Shown here piece after piece: positions 23,411-34,507 of a stretch of DNA of 64,000 nucleotides. A model generated the notes under the pieces. It made no database searches. It had not been told where the DNA came from and was given only the letters and a program-made list of their open reading frames with translations. The translations under genes and the position numbers were made by a program. How positions within the stretch are numbered: position 1 is the stretch's first letter; every line of letters begins with the position of its first letter. Source of the stretch: Craspedostauros australis (taxonomy: Eukaryota); assembly GCA_030167865.1 (NCBI GenBank), contig JALAGF010004837.1:62001-126000 (forward strand), read 5' to 3'.

Positions 23411-25305
23411 TTACGCAGCTGACGTTTCTGGCACTGTGTGGCCACTCTCGTTGAGAACATTGTCCAGAGCCGATGTGAGCACGTCGACGGTGGGATCGAT
23501 GTTGCCCATCTTGTCCAAACCAAACAGTCCGATGCGGAACGTCTTCAGGCCCTCTGGCTCATCGATACGCCACGGCACGCCCATGGCGATTTGGAGGCCG
23601 TTGTCCTTGAATCGGTTCATCATGACTGGGTTGTCCGCGCCGATGGGAGAGTAGTAGACGAGCACGCCTGGAGCCTGGAAGCCTGGTGCCGCCACGCTTG
23701 TAAGTCCTCGGCTGTTCAGAGCATCTCGCGCGGCTGTACCGAGGTCGTACTGCGCCTGCTTGAGTTCCGGCAAGCCAAACTTCAAAGTCTCCACGGAAAT
23801 TTCGTGGAAATCGCGCAGTGAGTCGGTGGGCATGGTGGTGTGATATCCGAATCCGCCATTCTCGTAGGTCTGCATGATGGCCGACCATCTCTTGAGACTC
23901 ATCGAGAAGGAGGTCTCGTCCGTCGTCTGCATCTTCTTGGCTGCCGCATCGGACATCATGACAAGCGCGGCGCACGCTGGACCAGTCCAACCCTTCTGCG
24001 GTGCGCTGATGACGACGTCCACTCCCAGATCCTTCATATCTGCCCACACTGTTCCGGACGCGATGCAATCCAACACAAACAAACCGCCGATATCGTGCAT
24101 GGCCTCCGCAGCCTGTCGGATGTAATCATCCGGCAAGATCATACCAGTGCTTGTCTCGACGTGCGGCGCAAACAGGACGGCGGGACGTTCCTCGTGAATC
24201 TTCTTGACGACATCATCGATGGGATACGGGGCGTAGTGCATGTGGGGGGAGTTCGGGTCCTCAGGGGCCACTGGCTGTGCCTTGAGGACGGTGTGCGAAC
24301 TGGGGATGGTATTCTCCCCTCCCATGTCGAATATCTCGGTCCATCGGAATGAAAACCAGCCATTGCGGATCACCATCACGTGCTCATTGTTGGCGAATTG
24401 ACGCGCCACAGCTTCCATGCCGTAGGTTCCAGATCTGTGCAGTTAAGTCAGGGCATTGTCGCAAGACGAAACGATGTTCGGCCGATTGGATGAGCAGGCC
24501 ATAAGACAGGCACCAACGCGGATGTGTGGGTGTACGAGAGTGTCCAAACGGAGGGACGCCGAATGAGAACACGCGTTGCAATCGGTTACATCGGGGTTGA
24601 GCGGCGAGCGATGAGTGATGGTTTTCAACGAAACGGCGAACAGCAAAAGGGAAGCGAACCGTGTCAGTCTCAGCTTGCTGTGATGAAAATGCCTTGGCGA
24701 CACACAAGGAACGAGGATGCGAAACAACGCACGAAATGGAAAGCAGAACGCGAAATGTGAAACTGCACCCTACCAAGAGTCGCACGACGGCTCGGAAGTG
24801 AAGGAGACACTCTCTCCAGGGAATCTCAGCACGTGTGTACCATGCAAGTGCAACATCCGACTTCACCTTGAAAGTCCAAGCAACACCAGCGCCAAGAGAG
24901 GGGCATCAATGTGGACGGTTCTGTGTCCGGCGCATGCCACCAATACGCAGTAATAGACAAACGTAACAGTGCGGAGGCTCAACAGAAAGCAGGAACACCA
25001 GAGAGTCCGACTCACCCTGGGATGATGGCCACCTTGTCTGCGTTGTACGTTTTCTTGAGCAGCTGGTTGAGATCCCTCATGACCTTCTGGAAGGGATCCG
25101 ACATGAGATTGAGAGATCTGTTTGTGAAGATGACGGAGTACTCTTTGTACTCTCCCATGTCTTCCTTCTTCACGATGTCGTAGGAGAGGTCATCAGAGCT
25201 GGTGCCTGATGGGGTTGACAAGAATCGTGTGCCAGCCACGCAGGAAGGAGCGGCCGATCTGAACGCTCTCCGAGCGGCTGTGGATGTAATGGATCGAAGC
25301 AACAT
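23411..25305 (-). CDS. Class V PLP aminotransferase (alanine/serine-glyoxylate aminotransferase-like), probably mitochondrial
   Basis: Exons 25305-25016 and 24434-23411 join as IIPGSGTYGMEA. Motifs HVETSTG, LDCIAS, the PLP lysine in SAPQKGW, and FRIGLFG. Arg/Ser/Ala-rich presequence MLLRSITSTAARRAFRS. Confidence 0.92.
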
Positions 25306-25740
25306 GGTGCTGTATTGGTCTTAACGCTCGGGGCAGTGAGGGAGGTATCTTCGTTCTGTGGGATTGCGATGTTGTTCTTTCCGCAGGCAGTTCCTCTACT
25401 TTATCACTGGATGGCTGAATGGCTGAATGGCTAGATGAGTTGCTCGATTGGTTGATTGATCGATGTACGACCTATGATGAGTTTGTGGGTGAGCGTTCCT
25501 CTTGCCCTCGTTGGCTTCTTCTGTATTAGCACCAAGACAACAACGAGTGGGTACGACTGCGGTATGATTTGTGTCACCCTTGTTTTTGCCTTCCTCTGTG
25601 TTTTCTCTTTTGTTTCTTTGCGACGTCCAAGAGATCTTCCCTCGTGACATCAAAGGCGATGATGACGACAACGAAGACATCAACACTCGCTGTGCCAAAA
25701 GTCTGCGTTTTTGTGGAGAAGCAGGATCGCCTTGTGAAGG

Positions 25741-25754
25741 GCGTGACGTCACGC
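25741..25754. promoter_or_regulatory. Perfect 14-bp palindrome GCGTGACGTCACGC (CRE/bZIP-type, TGACGT core)
   Basis: Lies about 440 bp upstream of the aminotransferase ATG, with another TGACGT at 25789-25794. Confidence 0.5.
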
Positions 25755-26415
25755 AGATTCAACATGCTTCCACGATCTATGATCGTGATGACGTCGGCAA
25801 TCCCATTCTTCGCGTCCGTGAAAAGGGGGTACATGAAATCATCAACCCCTAAAATGATTGATGGTACCAGAAAAAGGGGATGACAAAGTCAATCTCCCCC
25901 TTAGTGATCGTGGCGAAACATGGCGGAACCAGGCAGCCCAACGAGGGAGAGATCCTCCAATGACGATGTTCGCGAAGCCGTCTGGCGATGGTGCTGTCTC
26001 GTTACCCGTGTGCACGACTTGTCATACAGTACAACTACATACTCGTTCAGGTGGAGCCCCTTGCCACATGGACCTCCCCCCACATAACAGGACGAGTATG
26101 ATGGAATTGAATTTGAATAACTTGCCTATTGCTACATCTCCTTGTGTGTCTGAGTCTCTTCGTCTGTGCTCATTTTCATCTTCGCACATCGTGCCTGTTT
26201 CATGCTTTGTGTTGCGGTACGACCAGCTTCTTCTCCCTTGACGCTTATCGTATGGTATGATACCTGCGTATGTATGGTACAAGTAGCGGTGCTTTTGTAC
26301 TGTATTGCTTCGTGTTATGGCCCTTGATCAGTTCGCAAACCGTTTGCCGACGTCCCATGCTTGCTCCGCAGAGCGGCTGCGCCTTCCGTGGCCCACCAAC
26401 GATTCACCGCCTCCT

Positions 26416-28680
26416 CTAAATCGTTTGCAAGATCTTGAGGAATTCACTTTCGGCCTCGGACCATTCAGCCTGCAAGTCTTTCGATGATTCCTTCTCGAAC
26501 TTTTGCGATCCCTTTTGCAACAGGGAATGGACGCACTGCATCCGAACCGATGTTGACAGGGCAGCGCGCGCGTTGGCTTGCACTTCGTACACGGTCGACA
26601 GGAGGCATGGACCCGACAGATCCAGGTTCTGCACAACTCGAGAGATGGCACCAAAGATTCGGTCATCCGTCTCATCTGCCTCGTAATCCATGGATAGCAG
26701 CACGCCGAACACGCCTGGGAGCAACGCCTGCACGGCGTTGGGTGGAAGGATGGCGCGCTCAAGGATCCTCGCCAACAGTGCACGGCCCTTGCCGAGCTTC
26801 AGAAACAGCTTCACGGCCTCTACATCTACCAGGTACTCGGTGTCGATCATGGTCATACCGAGACACTTCATGATTTTCATGAGGTGCGGCTGCATCTGCG
26901 GCATGGCTCGTCCCTGGGGTGAGCTGTCCCAGATCTTGACCACATTATGGAAGGCCTGCTGCACTTGGTCGCAGATGATTCTGGCCTTCCAGAGACTGGA
27001 GCGTTGTTTGCTTGCTGAATCCGGAGCGGTGGGTTTTGCGGATGTTGCAATCAATGCGCGTGGTCGGAACGTGTCCGCTTTTTTGGTGTGGCCTAGCACC
27101 GGCTTGCCGCTTGCCCACTCCTTGGACTTGAGCGCTCTTGACAGCATCTCCTTGCTCATGGCGTTGTCGTCAGGCGACTGCCGAGGTTTCACCTTCGGGG
27201 CCGAAAATCGCTTCAGCATGAAATTGGAGAAATAGTCATCGCCTGTTTGTTCTTGCAAAAGGATTGGTTTCATGATGGCATGGACAACGAAGGAAATATC
27301 CCTCGCTGCCATGGCCGAGCTGGTGATATCCGCCGCGAGGATAGGCGGTGCGGCAGGATGGATGTTGCAGAATGGCATCTTTCTCATCGGCGCCGGTCCT
27401 TGTGTTTGCACCTGTGATTGTGCCTGCGGTGGCACTGGAACTGGGGCTTGCATTGGTGCGCTCCCCGGCATTGACATCGGGCCTGGCATTCCTGGTTGCA
27501 TCTGGACCTGCATCTGTGCCTGTGGCGGCATCCCTCTTTGCATGGGAATCTGAATGTGCTGCGGTGGTTGCTGGTTCGAATGTGCTGGACCATGACCGTG
27601 AGGAGGAGGCGGTTGCATCGGGTGCATAGGCATGGCGACGATACCTGGCATTGCCATCTGAGGTGGGAAGGGGACTGGCACTCCGTGTGGCATCATATGC
27701 GGTGGCATACCGTGCAGCATCGGTGGTGGCATCATCCCTGGTGCCATGTGTTGCATGTGCGGGTGATGCTGCATGGGGTGGTGTCCTGGATGTTGTCCTG
27801 GATGATGTCCTGGATGCATTGCGAAGGGAGGCATGACAACTGGTCCTTGACCGCCCATGTTTGGCGGTGGTGGCTGGGAAGTTGCGGCAGGTGCGCCTGG
27901 AGGCATGGCCTGGGATGCGGATGAAGGTTCAGCAGGCTCATGTTTGGCTTCTTCTTCTGATGCTTTTGCTGCTTGTGCTTGAGCCTGATCTGGAATGGTT
28001 TGATTTTTGACGAGTCCCTCGATCGTTTGCTCCACGATATTGACTTGCACCGGGGCGGCGCCGGCCACATGCGTCGGACCAACGTCTTGCGCGCGTTGTT
28101 TCTGCTTTTGCTTCTGTTCGCCATCCTCGGCCTTCTTCGTTGCCTCGCTCAACAAATCGGTCGGAGACAGCAAGCTCTTGGAATCGGTCTTGTTGCTGGC
28201 GTCTCCCGCCGCTGCGGATGTGGCCATCCCAGGAGGTGGAGCCAGCATGGGCTTTTCGAGGACGTCGTAGTCCTCCACAGACCGCATCTCATCATCAGAC
28301 AACATCGTGCTCGCCACAGGTGACTGAAGCTGCTGCTTGCGAACGGAATCCGCGGCCAGAAAGTCCTCCTCCAGAGACATGGCGGTGAACTTCTCCAAGG
28401 ACAGGCTCCACGCATCGAGCGACGACTGCCCCGGCGCACCGGTATTGACCTCAGCGCCATCGTTGGACTGTCCCTGCGCCGACACCACCAGCGATGCTGC
28501 GGACAATCCTGGCGGAGCAGCATCGCCTACCTCGTAGTTGAAGTCCCTGTCCAACGTCGACAGCTCCTTCTCGAGCTGCTCCAACGAAAAGTCGCCATCC
28601 CCCACGGCCAGATCGGCCAGCAGGTCCTTCATGAGGCTCCCGCCCAGCGACGCGAAGTACTCATCTTCGTCAACGTCCAT
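26416..28680 (-). CDS. PAT1-like mRNA decapping activator / P-body scaffold
   Basis: Acidic N-terminus and a P/Q/M/H-rich middle. MAARDISFVVHAIMKP...DDYF and VLGHTKKADTFRPRALI resemble Pat1 mid-domain motifs, followed by a helical C-terminal domain (FLKLGKGRALLAR). Confidence 0.65.
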   Translation of the reverse strand: MDVDEDEYFASLGGSLMKDLLADLAVGDGDFSLEQLEKELSTLDRDFNYEVGDAAPPGLSAASLVVSAQGQSNDGAEVNTGAPGQSSLDAWSLSLEKFTAMSLEEDFLAADSVRKQQLQSPVASTMLSDDEMRSVEDYDVLEKPMLAPPPGMATSAAAGDASNKTDSKSLLSPTDLLSEATKKAEDGEQKQKQKQRAQDVGPTHVAGAAPVQVNIVEQTIEGLVKNQTIPDQAQAQAAKASEEEAKHEPAEPSSASQAMPPGAPAATSQPPPPNMGGQGPVVMPPFAMHPGHHPGQHPGHHPMQHHPHMQHMAPGMMPPPMLHGMPPHMMPHGVPVPFPPQMAMPGIVAMPMHPMQPPPPHGHGPAHSNQQPPQHIQIPMQRGMPPQAQMQVQMQPGMPGPMSMPGSAPMQAPVPVPPQAQSQVQTQGPAPMRKMPFCNIHPAAPPILAADITSSAMAARDISFVVHAIMKPILLQEQTGDDYFSNFMLKRFSAPKVKPRQSPDDNAMSKEMLSRALKSKEWASGKPVLGHTKKADTFRPRALIATSAKPTAPDSASKQRSSLWKARIICDQVQQAFHNVVKIWDSSPQGRAMPQMQPHLMKIMKCLGMTMIDTEYLVDVEAVKLFLKLGKGRALLARILERAILPPNAVQALLPGVFGVLLSMDYEADETDDRIFGAISRVVQNLDLSGPCLLSTVYEVQANARAALSTSVRMQCVHSLLQKGSQKFEKESSKDLQAEWSEAESEFLKILQTI

Positions 28681-29844
28681 CGTGGTGATAGCTCCGATCC
28701 TAGTCTCTTCTCTCTCGGCTGCTGATTCCGTCTCTCTGATGTTCCTGCGAGTGCGCAATTCAGGCTCTACGAAGACGCTCTGAATACGAATATGAAGGCG
28801 AGTGTTGAGCAGGGTCGGACTCTTCACAAATTCCTGTGCTGCAAGCCTCTCTCTCTCTCTCTCTCTCGCCGGGTGTGTATCTGCCGAAAGCACACACCGA
28901 GCCTCACAATCAGCGCACAATCAACGCACGATCAACGCACGATTCCGGATGATGGGTGATGAATGATTGTCACAGTCGATACGACGTTCTATCTTGTGAT
29001 GAATGCCACCAGACGCGAGAGTGTTTATGTGACGACTGATGTCCATCATCTTCGTGCACCAACAACAACAGCGACGTTGGCACCATCGTGGCGCTCCTCT
29101 CTTGGCCACCACAGCCCAACAAAGAAGATCGGCTGCGAGAGCTGGGCGCCGAACGTCTCGTTTTGGATTTTTTGGCCTTGTTTTTCCTTGGGTCTGTCCT
29201 ATGACCGTACATGCGGTGATGCGTCGCTCGACTGAATGGATCACGACGAAAATGTATTCGGATGGGTCGATGACAGATCAAACCAATTTCGCTCCGGACG
29301 GTCATCGTGAGGGACATCGACAGATGCCAACAACGCAAGGAAAGACCAAAACGAAGCGAAACGAGGCCTTCCTTGTTGGCGATCTGCTGGAGGTGACAAC
29401 CAACTCCAAAATTGGAACAGGGGGCAATCGCCAACCCAACTGATAGCTGTACCAACTGTGACTGTGCCGATTCATCACACAGTTGTCTTCGAGAGAGCGT
29501 GCTCAACGACCTCATCACATAGTATCACACATCGGTAGTTCGTACAATCTCTCTATCCTCTGGAGTATTGCATTGCACAGCACTGCTGTTGGCAACATCG
29601 AAGCAACACAGAGTACGAGTAGAGTCGTCGCACCATCGCGAACATCTGCCCCTATTTTCACTATCCGATTGGATTGGATTGGATTCGAGAGTCATCGTCT
29701 CCATCATCGACACTGCTGCCAATACAAGCGCAAGCGCAAACATCGAACATCGAACATCAGACTGAATTGCCTCAAACGCATTCATCCCCGTAGCCACAGC
29801 AGCAGCCGCCACAGCAACAGCATACACCACAACGAACAGGAACC

Positions 29845-31264
29845 ATGTCCAAGATCCAAAACCCGCTGTTCGAATCCACGTCAAGTGAGAAGCCAAAGCT
29901 TCTCAGCATCTCCTTCGTTGATGACCCGCAGGGCAGTCTCGGTGCCCAGCTCACAAATTGCGACAAGGTGCGTTCGCGTCTTCCTGACGATCCGATGCCT
30001 TCAATCCTTTGATGACTGTGATTCCTGCTGACTGATCTCCAAGCCGCGATCAGTCGTATTGATCACAAACTCAACAACAGACTCACAACGACTCGATTTG
30101 TTTGCTCCGATACACACTGTTCTGCATTACTGATCACTTCGTGGATGGTCTCTGCCTGTGCCTCTCTCTCGCGCGCGCGCACACACTTTGGCGTATCTGT
30201 ACTCCTGGCATTCGTTTTGAACTTCGCACTCACGTTTCGTCGTTCCGCCGATGCACCGACACAACAATGAATGCAAACGACAGGATGAACCACCTGAGAT
30301 GTTCACACCAGGCTTTGCCACCATCGGCCGTTTGCTAGAGGGAGAGACGGTCGCCAGAAAGTGTGGCGTGCGTGTCGGAGATTGCATCGTGGCGGTCAAT
30401 GGACAGGGCTTCCGACGCTTCGCACCCGATTTCAAGGACGACGAGCTGGAGAATTTGTCCAAGGAGACCTTCGTGGAGAACGACCACCAGGTCATCCAGC
30501 TTTCGCCTGGCGAAGCATACTCGAGCCTTCTGAGAAAGATCAAGGCCATCAAGGGAGACAAGGAAGGTCCACCGCTCGTCCTCAACCTCGAACGGTACGG
30601 ATGGGACGCCAAAGTCAACTCATGGCCCCGATTCCTGGAGGCGCGCGGTGGATCCGTGCCATTGGCCATGAAGATGCTGCAGGAGCACGAGCAGTGGCGC
30701 AAGCAGAACTTCCCCATCGACCTCACCAGAGACGGCATCCAGGACGTCCTCCGCCTCAAGGCCGTTTCCGAAATCGACCCCCACACCGACGACAGGATGC
30801 CGCCGACCGTTTACGTCAACTTCGCCAAGCTGCAGTCGGTCGAGAACATATCAGCCGACGATGTTTGCAGGGCCTTCATCATCTTCACCGAGCTCATGCT
30901 GGCACGCTCCAAGGACCCGAAGACACCCCGCACGTGCCAATTCATCGACCTCTCCGGCGTCACGATAACCAGCGGATTACGTGCCGATCTGCTCAAGAAG
31001 ATCTACAACGTCTTCGAACCCAACTACCCGGAGACCTTGACAAAGATGGTCATGTACCCCGTGTCAACCATGCTCGGGACCACAGCCAGAACATTACTCA
31101 ACTTCGTCAACGAAAAGACCCAGAAAAAGTTCGTCATCACCAACAGCTTGGCGCGCGTGTGCGACGAGCTTGGCTGGGATCAGCGGGAGGTGGAGAACTG
31201 CGGTGGCGTGACGGAGTTCATGCACAAGCACGAGAAGGCGGGATCATCATTGATCTTGGAGTAA
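29845..31264 (+). CDS. PDZ-like domain + CRAL-TRIO (Sec14) lipid-binding protein
   Basis: Exons 29845-29967 and 30284-31264. PDZ-like GSLGAQL...ARKCGVRVGDCIVAVNG; CRAL-TRIO-N RFLEARG...WR; core FIDLSG...NYPETL...FVNEKTQKKF. Confidence 0.85.
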
Positions 31265-31914
31265 AGTCGAACGGCCGATGCGAAACGTGGAGCGCATGCG
31301 TCGGTCATAGCGACGCATCATCACAGGCTCTTCCCAGATAGCTGCGTTGTGGCTGTCTACTCGTTGTGCTACGATGAAGTCCGTAGCGCGTGAACACAAG
31401 CAGCGACCTGACCAAGTGTTTTTGCGGAAATGAAAATCAGATTCTATCCACAAAGTGCTCGATTCTACTCCCATCTTATTCTATTCAGTAGTACTCTCCT
31501 TTGAGCAGATATAATTCCATGCGACTATGTTTCCGACAAGTACACGTGCGAGTAAGAGCGTGCCATGTTATTCGTTCGGTTTACTTGTTGTCCTGGAATC
31601 GTTGCGCTCTCTCTACAAGCACCAATACTCGCAGAGAGCACCATGCTTCTCCAATTCAATCACCCCATGAAGGAAGGCGCGGATCTAATCGTTGCGTGCT
31701 GATGTGAAGACCATACTCGTGCGTGTAGAGTACTCGAAGCTACTGCATTCATGGTATTGGTTCAGCCCGACTGCTCTTCCTATAGCCCGCACTCTGGATC
31801 AACCAACGTCGCGGCCGACCACAACAGAAGCCGCAGACACAGATGGAGTATGCGCCATACCTGACTCTTGAACAGTCTCTTTTCAGTACCGACGTATCTG
31901 ACTGGCATATCTTC

Positions 31915-31931
31915 TGTTCTCACTGGACTAC
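31915..31931 (+). repeat. Left target-site duplication TGTTCTCACTGGACTAC
   Basis: Identical to 40293-40309. Confidence 0.92.
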
Positions 31932-32062
31932 AACAATACCAGAACCCGAAAAAACGAAACACACGATAACACTAGATAAACACAAAAAAGAAACACATCA
32001 ACAAAAATCAGTACTCAAACTACAGCAAATTCTACGTAACTCGAAAAGATACCAACCTGACC

Positions 32063-34507
32063 ATGAAGGCGACCAAACATGTTCGAATCGCAGATGACAA
32101 AGCCGACGACGTTGTAATGATGGATGAACAAGGACCAGCTGTACAGACAGCAGCTCCAAAGCCACCTCCCAAGCCAAATCCGAGAGCAATCGAAGAAGAG
32201 GCGAGGGAGAAACGGGGAGAAATAGCGACGGAGTGGAAAGATCCGAACACCGCGCGCTGGAAAAAGCTTCATGACACGATCGTCCAACAAGCCAAAGCCT
32301 TCCAGCCCGAAGAGATGTACGGAGAAGAGGACAGAGCCTTGCACAACCAGACGAAGAAGACCTTAGTCATGAAAGCCAGGTGGGAGAAGAGCGACACGTC
32401 AATGGTTTCGGCGTACATGCCCACCATCAACGAGATGACAGCCTTTTTCCAGACGGTGATGGATCGGCGCACAACCAAGCTGGGGAAGACAAAAGTGAGT
32501 TCGGACGATCCTGCGCGAGTTGCCATCAAACAACTCGTGGCAGATCTGTCTCTCACCAACCCAATCCGATGCTTCACAGATGCGCTCAAGCCAGGCAACA
32601 AGACAATGTCGGCCAACCAGATGACTGTACTATGGGCAGCAGCAACAAACTACATGGGCTGCCAGTACATGGAAGAGCAGGCACCACCAGAAGTCAACTC
32701 TGATAACGAGAAGATGAAGGTGGATAGCGACGACGAAAGCTACGACCTGGAGACACTCATGACAAAGAAACCCCTCAAACAAGCCAATCTGACAGCGTAC
32801 ACAACAGCAACGAAGATCACATCTCCAGCTCCACGCGACGCAGCCGGCAATCTCAAAGCGGCAAGAGCCCCAACAGAAAAAGAGAGACAAGCAGGCAACG
32901 ACGAAGAGGCCGGCGAAGGATGGACACTCCTACAAAAGAAAGACAAACAACAGATGTCCACTCCTAGGCGACGCTACTACGAGCGATTCGAGATGAGATT
33001 GAAGATCCCAAAAGGTTCGAAAACACCAGTTCGAGAATTCCAAGAAAGGTTCCGACTGTGGTACGACGAGGCTTCGAGCATGGACAAAAGCTTGATCATC
33101 AGTCCCTGGTACAAGAAGAACAAGGCCAAAGGCTGCATAGTCACAGTGGATGACATACCAGCGGCATGGAAGGATCTGAGATACTTTGTCGGTAAAGCCA
33201 ACCCAACATCCAAGAGCGAAGACGTGTATCTCCAAGTCCTCCTGTCATCAAACATGGACATGCAAATGTTCACCAGCTGGAACACGGAGCTTGAAGGAGC
33301 ATATGGCGAGGGCGAGTACTCGTACATCCAAGATCTGAAAGACGCAGAACATACCACAGAGATCGGATTTATGGCGTACTCCGGGAACTTCACCAAGGCA
33401 AAGCAAGCCTTGTCAGTCATCAACCAATTGTTGGAAGGCAAAAGAGCGAAACTCAAAGTCGGTGGCCGGGTGAAATACATGGGGAAGGTGTCAGAGGACG
33501 TGAAGGAGCAGCATCTGCAGCTCGGCGGCAGCTGGTACAACGCTCCGTGGATGGCCCTACACCTTCATGCAGACGTCAAAGACGCCCGCAGGGCCTCCAA
33601 ACTGCTCGGCAAGATCTTTAACACCAAGGAAGGAGACAGAGGTGGCCTCAACTACCGGTACGTCCCAAAACCCGGAACATCAGTGATGGGGGCGAAAACG
33701 GCCGCGAAGGTGCAAGCAATGACAAGGAAACACCAAAGCTATGTCCGCCGGCTCAAGTACGAGCAGCTCAAAGGCGACTTCGCGCTGGATGTCAAAGATC
33801 AGGAGACTCAAACCATCACGCTTCGAGAATTCCTCTCCAAACAAACCATCGACGGGTGCCCGATGATTCATGACGTCAGTACAACACACATGTCAGACGG
33901 CAAGGAAGACGCCATCCACATTGTCGCATTCGAGGAGCGATACGCGCAGGCAGTCGGTCTAATCCACACCATCGGGATCCGGTGCTCCTCTGAGATTAAC
34001 GAATCCACCAACAAATGGTTCTCCGAAGATATTGTTGCCATGAGCAGCAACATGATCAAGGACAACAACGGCGAATACGTGGACGTTGAGACAGAAGAAG
34101 AGATGGACTTTCTCCTAGATGAAGGTTTTGGAAACGTCATCATCGAAGGCATCAACATCATGGAAAGCGATAATGAGGCACCGAAACGCAAAAAGGCCAG
34201 ACTGGAAGACGAAAGCTTCAAGACCTTTGGAACGGAGTACGGGAAGTCTGCGGCATCGTCCAGGTACACAATCCCTGAGTCACAAACAGCAATAGACGAG
34301 CGAGAAGCGATCGAAGCGGAGCTTGAAGACGCAATGCGAATGGCGAGAGAAGCTCAAGAACTGGAGGCAAGCCGTGCTCGAGTGCAAGAACAGACGAGCA
34401 CCATCGCTAGCCAAGAAACAATCATCGCGGCACTGCGCGCCCAGCTAGAGGCGTCCGGCGCCCAGCTACCTGCCTCAAGCAAGGGCGGGAGCGAGGGCCA
34501 AGAATAA
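32063..34507 (+). CDS. Retrotransposon ORF1 (814 aa, basic, C-terminal coiled coil)
   Basis: Intact ORF starting 131 bp inside the element, directly upstream of the endonuclease/RT ORF. Heptad-like tail (EAELEDAMRMAREAQELEASRARVQEQ...). Confidence 0.85.
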   Translation: MKATKHVRIADDKADDVVMMDEQGPAVQTAAPKPPPKPNPRAIEEEAREKRGEIATEWKDPNTARWKKLHDTIVQQAKAFQPEEMYGEEDRALHNQTKKTLVMKARWEKSDTSMVSAYMPTINEMTAFFQTVMDRRTTKLGKTKVSSDDPARVAIKQLVADLSLTNPIRCFTDALKPGNKTMSANQMTVLWAAATNYMGCQYMEEQAPPEVNSDNEKMKVDSDDESYDLETLMTKKPLKQANLTAYTTATKITSPAPRDAAGNLKAARAPTEKERQAGNDEEAGEGWTLLQKKDKQQMSTPRRRYYERFEMRLKIPKGSKTPVREFQERFRLWYDEASSMDKSLIISPWYKKNKAKGCIVTVDDIPAAWKDLRYFVGKANPTSKSEDVYLQVLLSSNMDMQMFTSWNTELEGAYGEGEYSYIQDLKDAEHTTEIGFMAYSGNFTKAKQALSVINQLLEGKRAKLKVGGRVKYMGKVSEDVKEQHLQLGGSWYNAPWMALHLHADVKDARRASKLLGKIFNTKEGDRGGLNYRYVPKPGTSVMGAKTAAKVQAMTRKHQSYVRRLKYEQLKGDFALDVKDQETQTITLREFLSKQTIDGCPMIHDVSTTHMSDGKEDAIHIVAFEERYAQAVGLIHTIGIRCSSEINESTNKWFSEDIVAMSSNMIKDNNGEYVDVETEEEMDFLLDEGFGNVIIEGINIMESDNEAPKRKKARLEDESFKTFGTEYGKSAASSRYTIPESQTAIDEREAIEAELEDAMRMAREAQELEASRARVQEQTSTIASQETIIAALRAQLEASGAQLPASSKGGSEGQE

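Noticed and set aside
31780-31931. Idea that the LINE targets an RNA gene (U2, tRNA, snoRNA) or disrupts a CDS
   Set aside because: The reconstructed empty site matches no RNA gene I recognise. A minus-strand frame of about 107 codons crosses the junction but has no upstream ATG or motif. An Rfam search of the joined flanks would settle it.
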